DNA from: an uncultured virus (IMG/VR IMGVR_UViG_3300037067_009972)
Lineage: Duplodnaviria; Heunggongvirae; Uroviricota; Caudoviricetes
Direction: 5' to 3' (one strand)
DNA: 20,000 bases
IMG/VR virus record: IMGVR_UViG_3300037067_009972
Positions 1 to 8,545 of the stretch are shown here, piece after piece (position 1 is the first letter of the stretch; each line of letters opens with the position of its first letter). The notes under the pieces were generated by a model, which was not told the DNA's origin, made no database searches, and was given only the letters and a program-made list of their open reading frames with translations. The position numbers and the translations under genes are program-made.

Positions 1-227
1 TTCATTTCTGCGGCGGCCAAGGATACTAAAGCTAAAACAGTTCCAGATGGATTTACCACTGGGGTTGTTAAAAGATTAGTTAAACCTGCACCATCGAGAT
101 CTACTTTAAAATCTCCTGCAGCGATTGTCGGGTTTGCTTTAAATGCACCAGACCCATCAGCTATGGATAATGCAATACGAACTTTAAATTCCTCACCTTT
201 TACAGGTGGATTATACGGTGCTGCCAT
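1..227 (-). CDS. Putative virion (tail/head-associated) protein, truncated by window edge
   Basis: Not in the ORF track. ATG at 227 with SD AGGAG just upstream. Reads MAAPYNPPVKGEEFKVRIALSIADGSGAFKANPTIAAGDFKVDLDGAGLTNLLTTPVVNPSGTVLALVSLAAAEM.. and stays open to the window start. Beta-strand A/G/T-rich composition typical of phage virion proteins. Confidence 0.75.
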   Translation of the reverse strand, partial: MAAPYNPPVKGEEFKVRIALSIADGSGAFKANPTIAAGDFKVDLDGAGLTNLLTTPVVNPSGTVLALVSLAAAEM

Positions 228-228
228 T

Positions 229-1401
229 TTATACTCCTATTAAATATGTTGGTGACTTACTTGGAATAGCGGCGGTCGCGTATAATAATATAAGTGTTAC
301 TGCGATACCACCGAAAACTGCCGCATACATCTCATCTGTACATGTTAAACAACTGTGTAGCCAGGTAAGCGGTTTTACCATAGAATTTACCAATGTTTCT
401 GAACCCCAAGTGGCTCCGCCATCGGTACTTATTTTGCAATACAAAGCCATACTTGTATATGCAGTTTCACTTCCATCTGATTTACCAAAATAATAAACAA
501 TTATATTATTCGTACCGGTATCTAATTGTATAGCACATCCTCCTTGATCATCCACGGAATCTGTTATAACATTAGTTTTTTCTACAATACCCGCGGTTCC
601 ATTTATATCCCAACAGCGTAAATCAGCGTTAGCTGCATCAGAAGCAGACCATGCGGCCAATAACAAATGACCGTCGCTCGGACGAATAGTACCATCAAAC
701 TGAGAGCATACTACGTTTGAGGCTATTGCGGTCATAGAGGTTGCAATAGATGCCTCACTCCAACTATTTGCAGAATTGTCAAATACTTTCAAAGATAACT
801 CATTTGCAGAACGATCCCAATAAGCACAATCGATGTCTTGAGTATCTGCATAATTTCCAGGGTATAATTTATAATAATCGCTAGTAGCTTCATTAACATC
901 AGTTAATGCCGAAAACGATACACCGCTAGCCGAATAATAAAAACCTGTTTCCGTACCTCCATCTACATCAAAAGCAACATATATATTTCCGCCCCTAGCC
1001 TTAGTAACAGATAAACATGTATTTACAGCCACAACAATAGATGCGCCATCGAACACAGTTACTTCAGAACCTACAGTATCGTTCAAGGTATTAAATGTTA
1101 TGTACTGCACATTATTAGAAACCGATTCAAGAAATGCTAGATGTACAAGATTTCCTGTATCGCCCGGCGTCCATCTATCATACCACACAGCTAGTCCTGC
1201 TCCGGTTATTGTGCCTTTTATTAAAACAGGCGAAGTCCATGAAATACCTAGATTAGTAGATTTTTGCCAATACAAATCATTATTCTCTGAATGTATTAAA
1301 AAGTAATACCACGCGGAAGAAGTTTGTACTAAATGAACGGACTGACCACAATTTCTTGCGCTTGCTATTGTCGATTGAATCAATGAATCTGCTCTTATCA
1401 T
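229..1401 (-). CDS. Asp-box/BNR-repeat (sialidase-like beta-propeller) virion protein
   Basis: Two Asp-box-like motifs (STNLGISW, STDGGATW). S/T/D/N/W-rich. Start revised to ATG 1401 (MIRADS) because GAGGGT SD precedes it and the longer start (1434) lies inside a terminator hairpin. Confidence 0.65.
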   Translation of the reverse strand: MIRADSLIQSTIASARNCGQSVHLVQTSSAWYYFLIHSENNDLYWQKSTNLGISWTSPVLIKGTITGAGLAVWYDRWTPGDTGNLVHLAFLESVSNNVQYITFNTLNDTVGSEVTVFDGASIVVAVNTCLSVTKARGGNIYVAFDVDGGTETGFYYSASGVSFSALTDVNEATSDYYKLYPGNYADTQDIDCAYWDRSANELSLKVFDNSANSWSEASIATSMTAIASNVVCSQFDGTIRPSDGHLLLAAWSASDAANADLRCWDINGTAGIVEKTNVITDSVDDQGGCAIQLDTGTNNIIVYYFGKSDGSETAYTSMALYCKISTDGGATWGSETLVNSMVKPLTWLHSCLTCTDEMYAAVFGGIAVTLILLYATAAIPSKSPTYLIGV

Positions 1402-1411
1402 ATTACCCTCT

Positions 1412-1451
1412 AAATAAAAAATGCCCAATAGCAATAAATGCTCTTGGGCAT
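1412..1451 (-). terminator. Rho-independent terminator/attenuator
   Basis: Minus strand ATGCCCAAGAGCA-TTTAT-TGCTATTGGGCAT followed by TTTTTATTT; 13-position stem with one mismatch. Confidence 0.7.
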
Positions 1452-1476
1452 AAAGACTGCGGCAGCATTGTATTGC

Positions 1477-1854
1477 TTATAAAATTATTATTCTTTTTAC
1501 ATTTTTACCGGACGAATCGTTTCCTTGCCATCCGATATGATACTTAATTTCGTGCCCCACTTCTTGTTCGTTCTGATTAAAACTTTGTAAATGTCTTCTA
1601 AAATAAATTAAACGACGATTAGTTATATCTTCATCACAGAGAGAAAAAGTCATCCCGTTTATTTGAAAGGCACCGTCACGTAAATCAACCAATACGGCAT
1701 CTTTCTCGTTCTCTAATCCAAAGGCTATTAATTTCTCATGATCTATATCATAATATGCTGAACGTCGTTGATCTTTTGTTGATATGTCTTCCTGTGTTTG
1801 TTTTAACGTAGTTCCATCTTCATAAATAGCTGTGAATAAGTAATCTAGTTCCAT
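1477..1854 (-). CDS. Hypothetical phage protein
   Basis: 125-aa ORF filling the gap co-directionally; LIYFRR...YHIGWQ motif; no function recognised. Confidence 0.75.
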   Translation of the reverse strand: MELDYLFTAIYEDGTTLKQTQEDISTKDQRRSAYYDIDHEKLIAFGLENEKDAVLVDLRDGAFQINGMTFSLCDEDITNRRLIYFRRHLQSFNQNEQEVGHEIKYHIGWQGNDSSGKNVKRIIIL

Positions 1855-1870
1855 AATTATAAGTTACTAC

Positions 1871-2401
1871 TTAATTTTCGTCGTAAGACAATGTTAATGT
1901 AACAGATGCTGTGTCTCCGGCTGCTGCCGAAACTGTTGTTTGTAATTGTGTAGTCAAATAATTAGTATAACATGGATTTGTAGTCATAGTCGCAGCTTTA
2001 CCAGAGTCCGCTGGGCCAGTTGCACCAAACCAAACTGCTACACCCGAAGCAATAACTGTTGTTGCTGTCATATTATATGTTAAACCGGCATTAGTTGCTG
2101 CGGCGGGTGTAGTATATGCTAATCTATCGCCATCAGCAGTCATTGCGGGCGCTCCCATTAATGTGAGTCCCGTACCTAATGTACCAGCCGTGTGTGCCCA
2201 TTTACCTGCCGATATCTGATTAAACGAACCGGAAAATTTACCGAACTGCCATTTAGTAAATGAATTATTTCCAGCAGTAATCGGTGATGAAGAATATGCG
2301 GTAGAACTATCGTCGATATTTTTCCAATTTACTTCTGCGCGATCAAGTGTTTGGGTTTGACCGGCTCCATTCGACTCACCCCATTGAAAAGTTGCTGCCA
2401 T
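1871..2401 (-). CDS. Putative virion structural protein (beta-sandwich, T/A/G-rich)
   Basis: 176 aa, strong SD AAGGAG, own consensus promoter, directly after the capsid gene; ends in beta-strand VTLTLSYDEN. Confidence 0.6.
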   Translation of the reverse strand: MAATFQWGESNGAGQTQTLDRAEVNWKNIDDSSTAYSSSPITAGNNSFTKWQFGKFSGSFNQISAGKWAHTAGTLGTGLTLMGAPAMTADGDRLAYTTPAAATNAGLTYNMTATTVIASGVAVWFGATGPADSGKAATMTTNPCYTNYLTTQLQTTVSAAAGDTASVTLTLSYDEN

Positions 2402-2427
2402 AAAAGTATCTCCTTTGATAATATAAA

Positions 2428-2456
2428 ATTATACTCAAATTAATCAGTATAGTCAA
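2428..2456 (-). promoter_or_regulatory. sigma70-type promoter
   Basis: Minus strand TTGACT (2456-2451), 17-nt spacer, TATAAT (2433-2428), then SD AAGGAG and ATG 2401. Confidence 0.8.
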
Positions 2457-2466
2457 GAGTTGAAAT

Positions 2467-2496
2467 AAAAAAGGGCCATCCGTAGATGACCCTTTT
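2467..2496 (-). terminator. Rho-independent terminator after major capsid gene
   Basis: Minus strand AAGGGTCATC-TACG-GATGGCCCTT-TTTT; cUACGg tetraloop and U-tract, about 20 nt after the capsid stop. Confidence 0.85.
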
Positions 2497-2516
2497 AATA
2501 TTAGATGTTGCTATGC

Positions 2517-3431
2517 TTACGCATTTGTCCAGGTGAGTTTTGCAACAGACTTAGTATTTAGAATACCCATACCAAGTGTTTCATATGCGGACCATTTTAT
2601 CAGGTTACGTTTTTTCTCAATCCAGAATTTAACATCATTAAGGATGTAGAATTTACCTAAGAATTCCTGAGGTGCGAACGCATACATTGTACCTTCTGGT
2701 AACAAATCGCCCTTGACGGTTGTCACGAACTTTTTGCCCAAAATTGTTGCGTATTTAAAGCCGTTAATATATACTTCACTAGCAGCACCCGAACCAACGG
2801 TTGTTGCAGGAAGTGTTGCTAACTTATTATAGTCGGCCTGGTTCATTAATACAACATCAACCACCAACGGGTTAAGACCAGTCGTTGCGTCTTCCATTTT
2901 GTTGAACAATTTGGTAAACATCGCTAGTTCCATAACACCAGATGTTGTGGTTGTATATGACACTGTTTTACCAGAAGATGTTACAGCTGCAGCTACTGCG
3001 GTCATAAATGCAGTATCTTCAATCTTCATAATTTCTTTTACTGCGTTTCTTTCAACAAGTTCTGTAATCGGCATTTCATATGCAAGTAATTCTTCTTCAG
3101 TCTTTTGGAACTCTTTGGAGCTAATCCCGAAGAAACTGATCTCCGCACGATCGCCTTCAACGTACTGGACGTCTGGTTGACCGCGTAAAGAAATCATCAT
3201 TGCGCCTGCATCTGGTTCGATGTCGACAATTTTAACTAATTGATCATGTAACACCGTACGTTGTAAATCAGCCTTTGTTACATATTGTGGATTAATAATT
3301 TTGCGAGAAAATGCATTCTCACGTAGCTTAGTACGAATGTACTGGCCAGTCTCTTGCGCCACCTTCTCTAGTTCGGTATCAAGGCGGTTAACGAATATTT
3401 CGTTCAATGCTTTTGTATTTACGTTTTCCAT
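2517..3431 (-). CDS. Major capsid protein (probable HK97 fold)
   Basis: 304 aa. Follows protease/scaffold/decoration genes and precedes a strong terminator. HK97-fold-like pattern: AVKEIMKIEDTAF spine helix, VVLMNQADYNKL, TILGKKFVTT, AYETLGMGILNTKSVAKL C-terminus. Confidence 0.8.
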   Translation of the reverse strand: MENVNTKALNEIFVNRLDTELEKVAQETGQYIRTKLRENAFSRKIINPQYVTKADLQRTVLHDQLVKIVDIEPDAGAMMISLRGQPDVQYVEGDRAEISFFGISSKEFQKTEEELLAYEMPITELVERNAVKEIMKIEDTAFMTAVAAAVTSSGKTVSYTTTTSGVMELAMFTKLFNKMEDATTGLNPLVVDVVLMNQADYNKLATLPATTVGSGAASEVYINGFKYATILGKKFVTTVKGDLLPEGTMYAFAPQEFLGKFYILNDVKFWIEKKRNLIKWSAYETLGMGILNTKSVAKLTWTNA

Positions 3432-3442
3432 TGTCCTTGTCC

Positions 3443-3889
3443 TTATAGAGTTTGAATATCGATGACATCTAATGTTTGTGTAAAGTAAACTGTTGAATAA
3501 GATGCTTTTACACAGACAGCAACGGGATGATTAGTTCCTATTGTACCGTTAGTTAATTTGCCGCCGGCAGTTGTATAAAGAATATCACCGCGAGAGGGGC
3601 TTCCTGTAAATTGATCGGTTGTTGCAAAAATCTTACCGACAATAACAGACACTTTCTTTGAGTTGACAACATCAGGGGTAAATTGTCCTAATGCGCCGCT
3701 TCGATAAGACTCATTCCAAATCGGCCATGCCAATGCTGTTTGCGTCGATGTTAGAATTGCGTTTCCACTGCTATCTAAGGTTACCCATGAACCGGTAACA
3801 CCTGAAGACAACACTTGGCCGGCGCCTGTTACTGCGACGTCGAGTTCTTTACGAAGTACCATTGATAAATCGCTATATATCTTAAACAT
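3443..3889 (-). CDS. Capsid decoration/cement protein
   Basis: 148 aa immediately upstream of the MCP. Beta-tulip-like motif (KVSVIVG..TDQF..GDILYTTAGGKLT..VAVCV) typical of head cement proteins. Confidence 0.6.
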   Translation of the reverse strand: MFKIYSDLSMVLRKELDVAVTGAGQVLSSGVTGSWVTLDSSGNAILTSTQTALAWPIWNESYRSGALGQFTPDVVNSKKVSVIVGKIFATTDQFTGSPSRGDILYTTAGGKLTNGTIGTNHPVAVCVKASYSTVYFTQTLDVIDIQTL

Positions 3890-3895
3890 TTATTG

Positions 3896-4222
3896 TTATT
3901 CTCCGTATAATAAATAGTATGTTAAATTGTCCATTGTACCTCCGGGAGCCGGGATATCTGCTAGCGAGCCTAATTTAAATGTTCCGCCTTTTATCAGATC
4001 CAACGCTTTGGTAGCCGTTTCTAACTCCTCTAGAGTCATTTGCTTGAACTCAGAAACTTTTTGCAAAACATCTTCTGCTTCAAATTCCTGAGTGGTCAAC
4101 ATCTTTCGAATCAATTCCTCTGCTTTTTCGTAACGTGCTAACTTTGAAATCGCTTCATTGCGCTCACGGTTTAGAGTTCGTAAAGTTGCCGCCGCTGTTT
4201 TAAGAAGTTCTTTGTCAACCAT
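3896..4222 (-). CDS. Helical scaffold-like head assembly protein
   Basis: 108 aa, coiled-coil E/K/L/A-rich, K-x-A motifs, between protease and capsid genes. Confidence 0.5.
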   Translation of the reverse strand: MVDKELLKTAAATLRTLNRERNEAISKLARYEKAEELIRKMLTTQEFEAEDVLQKVSEFKQMTLEELETATKALDLIKGGTFKLGSLADIPAPGGTMDNLTYYLLYGE

Positions 4223-4410
4223 TAGATTATCTTTCCTTCTAAATGATCCACTAAAACTGCTAATTCAGCAAGTTTGTCCAACAGAGTATCTTCTTCTGCG
4301 TATGCTTCTAATGCTTCTGCTAGCTTCTCTACTTCGTCATTCGGTGTAACAGCAATAGGTTGAGGACTAACCTCAGCTTGCTTGCGTATAAGTTCCTGCA
4401 AGTTGATCAT
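4222..4410 (-). CDS. Small acidic scaffold-like protein
   Basis: Likely start ATG 4410 (MINLQEL, SD GAGGG), 62 aa; KQAE, KLAE, KLAE; stop overlaps next start. Confidence 0.6.
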   Translation of the reverse strand: MINLQELIRKQAEVSPQPIAVTPNDEVEKLAEALEAYAEEDTLLDKLAELAVLVDHLEGKII

Positions 4411-4750
4411 TGAGGTCCCTCTTGTATTGGTAATATCCGAATCCTGCTGCACCTAACCCAAGAGCTGCGGCTGATCCTAAAAGGGCTTTGTGTTTCTTGC
4501 CACTCATCAGATCCGCATTATCTAATCGTTGACCGTGAGGTGTACTCTTTAGAATTTGCGTTGCCTGTGCATCCATACTTTTTCCTTTTGCAATAAGTCT
4601 TTCACCCTTTTGGACCAGTTTAGGTGCCTGTCTAGATTTACTAATAAATCTAGTAGCATCTATCACATCGCCCAAAACATTTGCGGACTTCTGCATTTCG
4701 TCAAAAAAAGCATTGGTTACGATAGCTTCTTGTGTTTCGATTGGAAGCAT
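4373..4750 (-). CDS. Hypothetical protein with C-terminal Gly/Ala-rich membrane segment
   Basis: 125 aa; N-terminal AFFDEMQKSA motif; ALLGSAAALGLGAAGFGYY segment. Confidence 0.65.
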   Translation of the reverse strand: MLPIETQEAIVTNAFFDEMQKSANVLGDVIDATRFISKSRQAPKLVQKGERLIAKGKSMDAQATQILKSTPHGQRLDNADLMSGKKHKALLGSAAALGLGAAGFGYYQYKRDLNDQLAGTYTQAS

Positions 4751-4752
4751 GA

Positions 4753-5049
4753 TTACTTTCCTGCTTTAACTTCATCAACAAAAGCACGGGCCATGATGCG
4801 ACCAGCTTCGTCTAGTTCTGCAATTTTTTGTTGCTCTTCTTCGACTTGTAAATCATGGTTGATCATTAACTCTGCTAGTTGAGCCACATCCTCATCGGTA
4901 TGGTTGTTTGGAAACTGTTGATTCATAAGTTCTTGTGCTGCTGATGCATACTTCTCAATAACACGTACACGTTCTTCAGCTAACTTAGTTTGCTCGTTCT
5001 TTTCTTCTGCTTCTTTTTGCATTTGAGTATAAACGTCTAGTATTCCCAT
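4753..5049 (-). CDS. Acidic helical scaffold-like protein
   Basis: Likely start ATG 5049 (MGILDV; SD GGAG), 98 aa; four K-x-A motifs; shares EEQQKIA.(E).DEAGRIMARAF with the upstream gene. Confidence 0.65.
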   Translation of the reverse strand: MGILDVYTQMQKEAEEKNEQTKLAEERVRVIEKYASAAQELMNQQFPNNHTDEDVAQLAELMINHDLQVEEEQQKIAELDEAGRIMARAFVDEVKAGK

Positions 5050-5050
5050 T

Positions 5051-5596
5051 TTAGTTTTCTCCAAAGAATTTGCGATATACTGCGGAGATAACCTTTGCAT
5101 CTGCATTTTTTGTTGCATCATAAGCGGTTGGATGTTCCTCAACGCCTATTTCAGGTGCTGTAGGTGCTGTTGGCTGACCATTGACTTGAATGTAACCTTC
5201 CGGTCCCTTCAAACGTTCGCCTGCTGTAAGTTGTGAAATAATCTGAACGGCTTTCATTGCATTTTCTAAGCGCTCTGGTTTCAAAGATACTTGTACAGGA
5301 TTGATAGGTTCTTCTGCTTTTGTATCAACATAACCATGTGCACTTACTGCTAACTTCGAAAGTTCATTGTGGAACGCACGTGCCATAATACGGCCCGCTT
5401 CATCCATTTCTGTTGCTATTTTTTGTTGCTCTTCAACAGATGCTTCAACTACCGGTGCTTCAACTACGGGCGCTGGTGCTGGTACTACTGGTGCTACCGC
5501 TGCTGGTGCTTCCGATACTTCTGCTGGAGCCGCTACTGCGTCCGCAGTCTTTTCTAAAGTTACGCGATTGATAATATCTTGTAGATCTATAGGCAT
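5051..5596 (-). CDS. Scaffold-like protein with Ala/Pro/Val linker
   Basis: 181 aa, SD AGGAGA, own promoter; APAEVSEAPAAVAPVVPAPAPVVEAPVVEAS linker; directly downstream of the protease. Confidence 0.65.
   Translation of the reverse strand: MPIDLQDIINRVTLEKTADAVAAPAEVSEAPAAVAPVVPAPAPVVEAPVVEASVEEQQKIATEMDEAGRIMARAFHNELSKLAVSAHGYVDTKAEEPINPVQVSLKPERLENAMKAVQIISQLTAGERLKGPEGYIQVNGQPTAPTAPEIGVEEHPTAYDATKNADAKVISAVYRKFFGEN
5441..5467. repeat. Short in-frame tandem repeat (VVEA x2)
   Basis: TGCTTCAACTAC at 5441-5452 and 5456-5467 (15-nt period) within the Ala/Pro linker. Confidence 0.6.
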
Positions 5597-5631
5597 AATA
5601 ATATTTCTCCTGAGAAATAATTTGTTGTATC

Positions 5632-5660
5632 ATATTACTGAATTTTTCACTTAATGTCAA
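5632..5660 (-). promoter_or_regulatory. sigma70-type internal promoter for scaffold/capsid genes
   Basis: Minus strand TTGACA (5660-5655), 17-nt spacer, TAATAT (5637-5632), SD AGGAGA (5611-5606). Confidence 0.65.
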
Positions 5661-8529
5661 TAGGTTTGAAATCTATGACATCATTATAGAATAGTTCAAG
5701 TTTATTTGGCTCTAAACCTAAAATCAGACGATCTATTATATCTATTTCGGCTGTCTTTGCCAGTTCAGTTCCTATTGGTTTCATCTTCATTAATTTATGC
5801 ATTTGTCCCAGCGCAAAAGTTCCTGTTGCACCGGCTAAGAATGGATGACGACGGATAAAGTCTCCAAACTCTGTTATCGGCTGTCCTTGTTGTAATTTTG
5901 CTTCTTGAGAACCAGCATAAACGTATGATGCTGGAACCGATACAAGCAATCGTTTCAAAAAGTGAGGTCTAACCACAGCCGCAGTCTTATTAAACATAAG
6001 TTCCTGAACTCCCACAGTACCGGCTGCTGCTGCGCCTAGTACGATTGGAATAAGCCACGGTTTTGATAATAAAAATTTTTCAAATGCGCCACCTGTAGCA
6101 ACAGACTTTTCACCAAGACCCACATTAGACATCAATGCGTTGTAACCTATATACAACGCGCCCAACCCAAGCAACGGCACTAAAGGATTCTTTGTAGGAT
6201 TATATACAGAATCTTCCGGTCGTTTCAAGGTTGGAGCATGAATACCTGGATTTATAGTAATCGCTACCGGAGTAGATGAAGCTAACTCCGCACGCTTTAC
6301 CAAAACACGTTTTATAACATGAGGAATAGTTAATGATATGCCTGGAGCCCAGTGCGCAATTTTCTGCGCTAGTTCATCATTAAAGTTATTATAATTTACA
6401 TCGGCAGGGATTTCCGGATCTTCCTCTATATCCATCAATAAGCGACCTTCTGCTTCAGCTGTTTTTGCTAAATCTTCTTTACCGCCCTTTGACAACACCA
6501 TATATTGAAATTCCATTGGTGTCGGCATCATACGCATTCCCAACATAGTAGAAAAGATTTCTGCAGAAGAATATTTATCAAGTACTTCTTTCAATTCTTC
6601 TTTGGGAATCGGTTGTTGCGATGCATAGATTAAACGTTTTGGATCGTTATCGACCGAAGCTATTGTGCCATCAATTATTTTATTAATGGCGGACTCTTTT
6701 ATTCCAGATGCTTTTAGAAATTCTTGTGCTATAACAGCAGAAGGTATTTCTGGTTGTACTGACGCTACTTTAGCTAAAACACTTGCAGTTCTATCTGCAG
6801 GTATGCGAACAAAACTTATGTCAAAAAATTTTAGATCCGTGTCATTGATAGCATAAACCTTTCGCCCATCTGATAATGTAAGTCCCATTTGATTTCTTAA
6901 ATGTTCACAATAGTTAGAAACCTTTTTACTTTTCTTACCACAAATGCTACAGGTATCGTGCGGTACTTTGACGCCCATAGACACTGCAGGATAATCGCCT
7001 TTTTCTATGCGGCCTAAAACTTCTTTTGCACGTTGATTATCCAACTCAAGTACTAACTCAACTCTATGCATGTCCGGATTAAACACGGCTATCTTAACTT
7101 GGCCGAAACTTTTTTCTGGATCTTTATTACAATTATGTACTACACTATCTTCGATTAAATAAGAATGAGAATTTGTTTCTAAATTATAAACAGGTTCAGA
7201 GATTACTTTTTCATTTATAGTCTGAATTTTATTTAAAATATAATTTTTGTATATTCTATTAAACTTACGATGAACATTTACACGAATATTTTTTTTACGG
7301 CTGTATTTAACCAAGTTTTTTGAATACTGACTTTCTACAGCGACACACCCCGAACCAGAAGATACATACTCTTTTCCACCCCCAACTGTAAAAATACATG
7401 AAGGAGTATCCCAATTAATTGTCGTCGGCATATTAAACATATTAATTAAATCAGAGAGCATATAAAGCATCTGTTTAGAACATGAACGTATTCTTAACTG
7501 CCCGATATTTTTTCCAGTAGTGGGAATATGTCCATCTCCTGAAATATACGCCCCTAATATATAAAGTAGCGATTCTTGATCAAGGGCATATATTTTTTCA
7601 GTAAACCGTTTATTTTCTTTTTTACCTACAATATATTCCGATAATTGTGCGTGTAATATTTTTGAAGTATTACTGATTAAAACACAATTTGTTTTGTCCA
7701 CAATATATGTACGCGGGATGATTCCTACTTCAAGTAAACATTGTTTAACAGCCTCGATGTCTGCGACGTTATCTTTCGCAAACGTAAATTGTATTGATTT
7801 ATTATTCGTTCCTAAACATCCCTCAGACGCCACCCACCCAATTAATTTTGCGAATGCAGGAGGTAAGACAATCGTTCCAAATTGTTTTATAGGTGTTAAT
7901 AAATAATCTCCCGCAACTAATTGTTCGGCTGATTTCCATACTGGGGAACCCATCTCTTTTTTACATTTCTTAAAATGGCATTTGAAATTACCCGTATTTC
8001 TTGAATAGCCGTGTTCACAATGAATTTCGTTTCTAGGAAAAACTAGTATAGGATGATCGGGAGTAACAGTTATAGTATTTAATTTTCCACGTAATTTTAA
8101 TTCTAATACAGATCCTTTGTATTGCCTAGTGTATATTTTTTTAACTTCTGTTATTTCCTGATTATCGGATAATACCTTATTACCTGCTGTAACTTCTTTA
8201 ATGGGTAACCTTTTTCCGTTGTCCATATTTACTAAGGTAGTACCTATAAAACAATGATGCTTATAGGCATGCCCAAGCTTTTCAAAAGTTTTATGATCCC
8301 GAGCCAGAGGCTCATCGGGGAAATAATCTCCGTTACGGTTTGCACCCCAAAATTCGCCCGCACCCATAGCGTTAACAAGCACATAAGTCTTTTCTGCCTT
8401 CTTCTCAAGATTAGAAAGACGCGTTTTTAATTCCGCAGAATATTCCGCAGTTTTGATTAAGCTGTCAGACCAAAATTGAATATACGTGCCAGCATTATTA
8501 TGTAAATCGAAACTTGTGAATTTGATCAT
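5647..8529 (-). CDS. Prohead (capsid maturation) protease, HK97/clan SH-like, intein-containing, with long C-terminal extension
   Basis: Extein motifs: NRNGDYF, KHH|CNKD..KSFG (His region), PAVSMG (catalytic Ser region), CSICG..YCEH Zn-knuckle, FFDISFVRIPAD. 960-aa precursor, 586 aa after splicing. Confidence 0.8.
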   Translation of the reverse strand: MIKFTSFDLHNNAGTYIQFWSDSLIKTAEYSAELKTRLSNLEKKAEKTYVLVNAMGAGEFWGANRNGDYFPDEPLARDHKTFEKLGHAYKHHCFIGTTLVNMDNGKRLPIKEVTAGNKVLSDNQEITEVKKIYTRQYKGSVLELKLRGKLNTITVTPDHPILVFPRNEIHCEHGYSRNTGNFKCHFKKCKKEMGSPVWKSAEQLVAGDYLLTPIKQFGTIVLPPAFAKLIGWVASEGCLGTNNKSIQFTFAKDNVADIEAVKQCLLEVGIIPRTYIVDKTNCVLISNTSKILHAQLSEYIVGKKENKRFTEKIYALDQESLLYILGAYISGDGHIPTTGKNIGQLRIRSCSKQMLYMLSDLINMFNMPTTINWDTPSCIFTVGGGKEYVSSGSGCVAVESQYSKNLVKYSRKKNIRVNVHRKFNRIYKNYILNKIQTINEKVISEPVYNLETNSHSYLIEDSVVHNCNKDPEKSFGQVKIAVFNPDMHRVELVLELDNQRAKEVLGRIEKGDYPAVSMGVKVPHDTCSICGKKSKKVSNYCEHLRNQMGLTLSDGRKVYAINDTDLKFFDISFVRIPADRTASVLAKVASVQPEIPSAVIAQEFLKASGIKESAINKIIDGTIASVDNDPKRLIYASQQPIPKEELKEVLDKYSSAEIFSTMLGMRMMPTPMEFQYMVLSKGGKEDLAKTAEAEGRLLMDIEEDPEIPADVNYNNFNDELAQKIAHWAPGISLTIPHVIKRVLVKRAELASSTPVAITINPGIHAPTLKRPEDSVYNPTKNPLVPLLGLGALYIGYNALMSNVGLGEKSVATGGAFEKFLLSKPWLIPIVLGAAAAGTVGVQELMFNKTAAVVRPHFLKRLLVSVPASYVYAGSQEAKLQQGQPITEFGDFIRRHPFLAGATGTFALGQMHKLMKMKPIGTELAKTAEIDIIDRLILGLEPNKLELFYNDVIDFKPIDIK
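7132..8253 (-). mobile_element. Intein with LAGLIDADG homing endonuclease (374 aa, residues 93-466)
   Basis: Block A CFIGTTLV, block B TVTPDHP, LAGLIDADG blocks LIGWVASEG and ILGAYISGDG, block F/G PVYNLE..VVHN followed by Cys +1. Confidence 0.93.
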
Positions 8530-8545
8530 TATTTGCTCTGCTTTG

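Noticed and set aside
2517..3431. Encapsulin nanocompartment interpretation of the 304-aa shell protein
   Set aside because: Terminase, prohead protease and decoration gene context indicate a genuine phage capsid.
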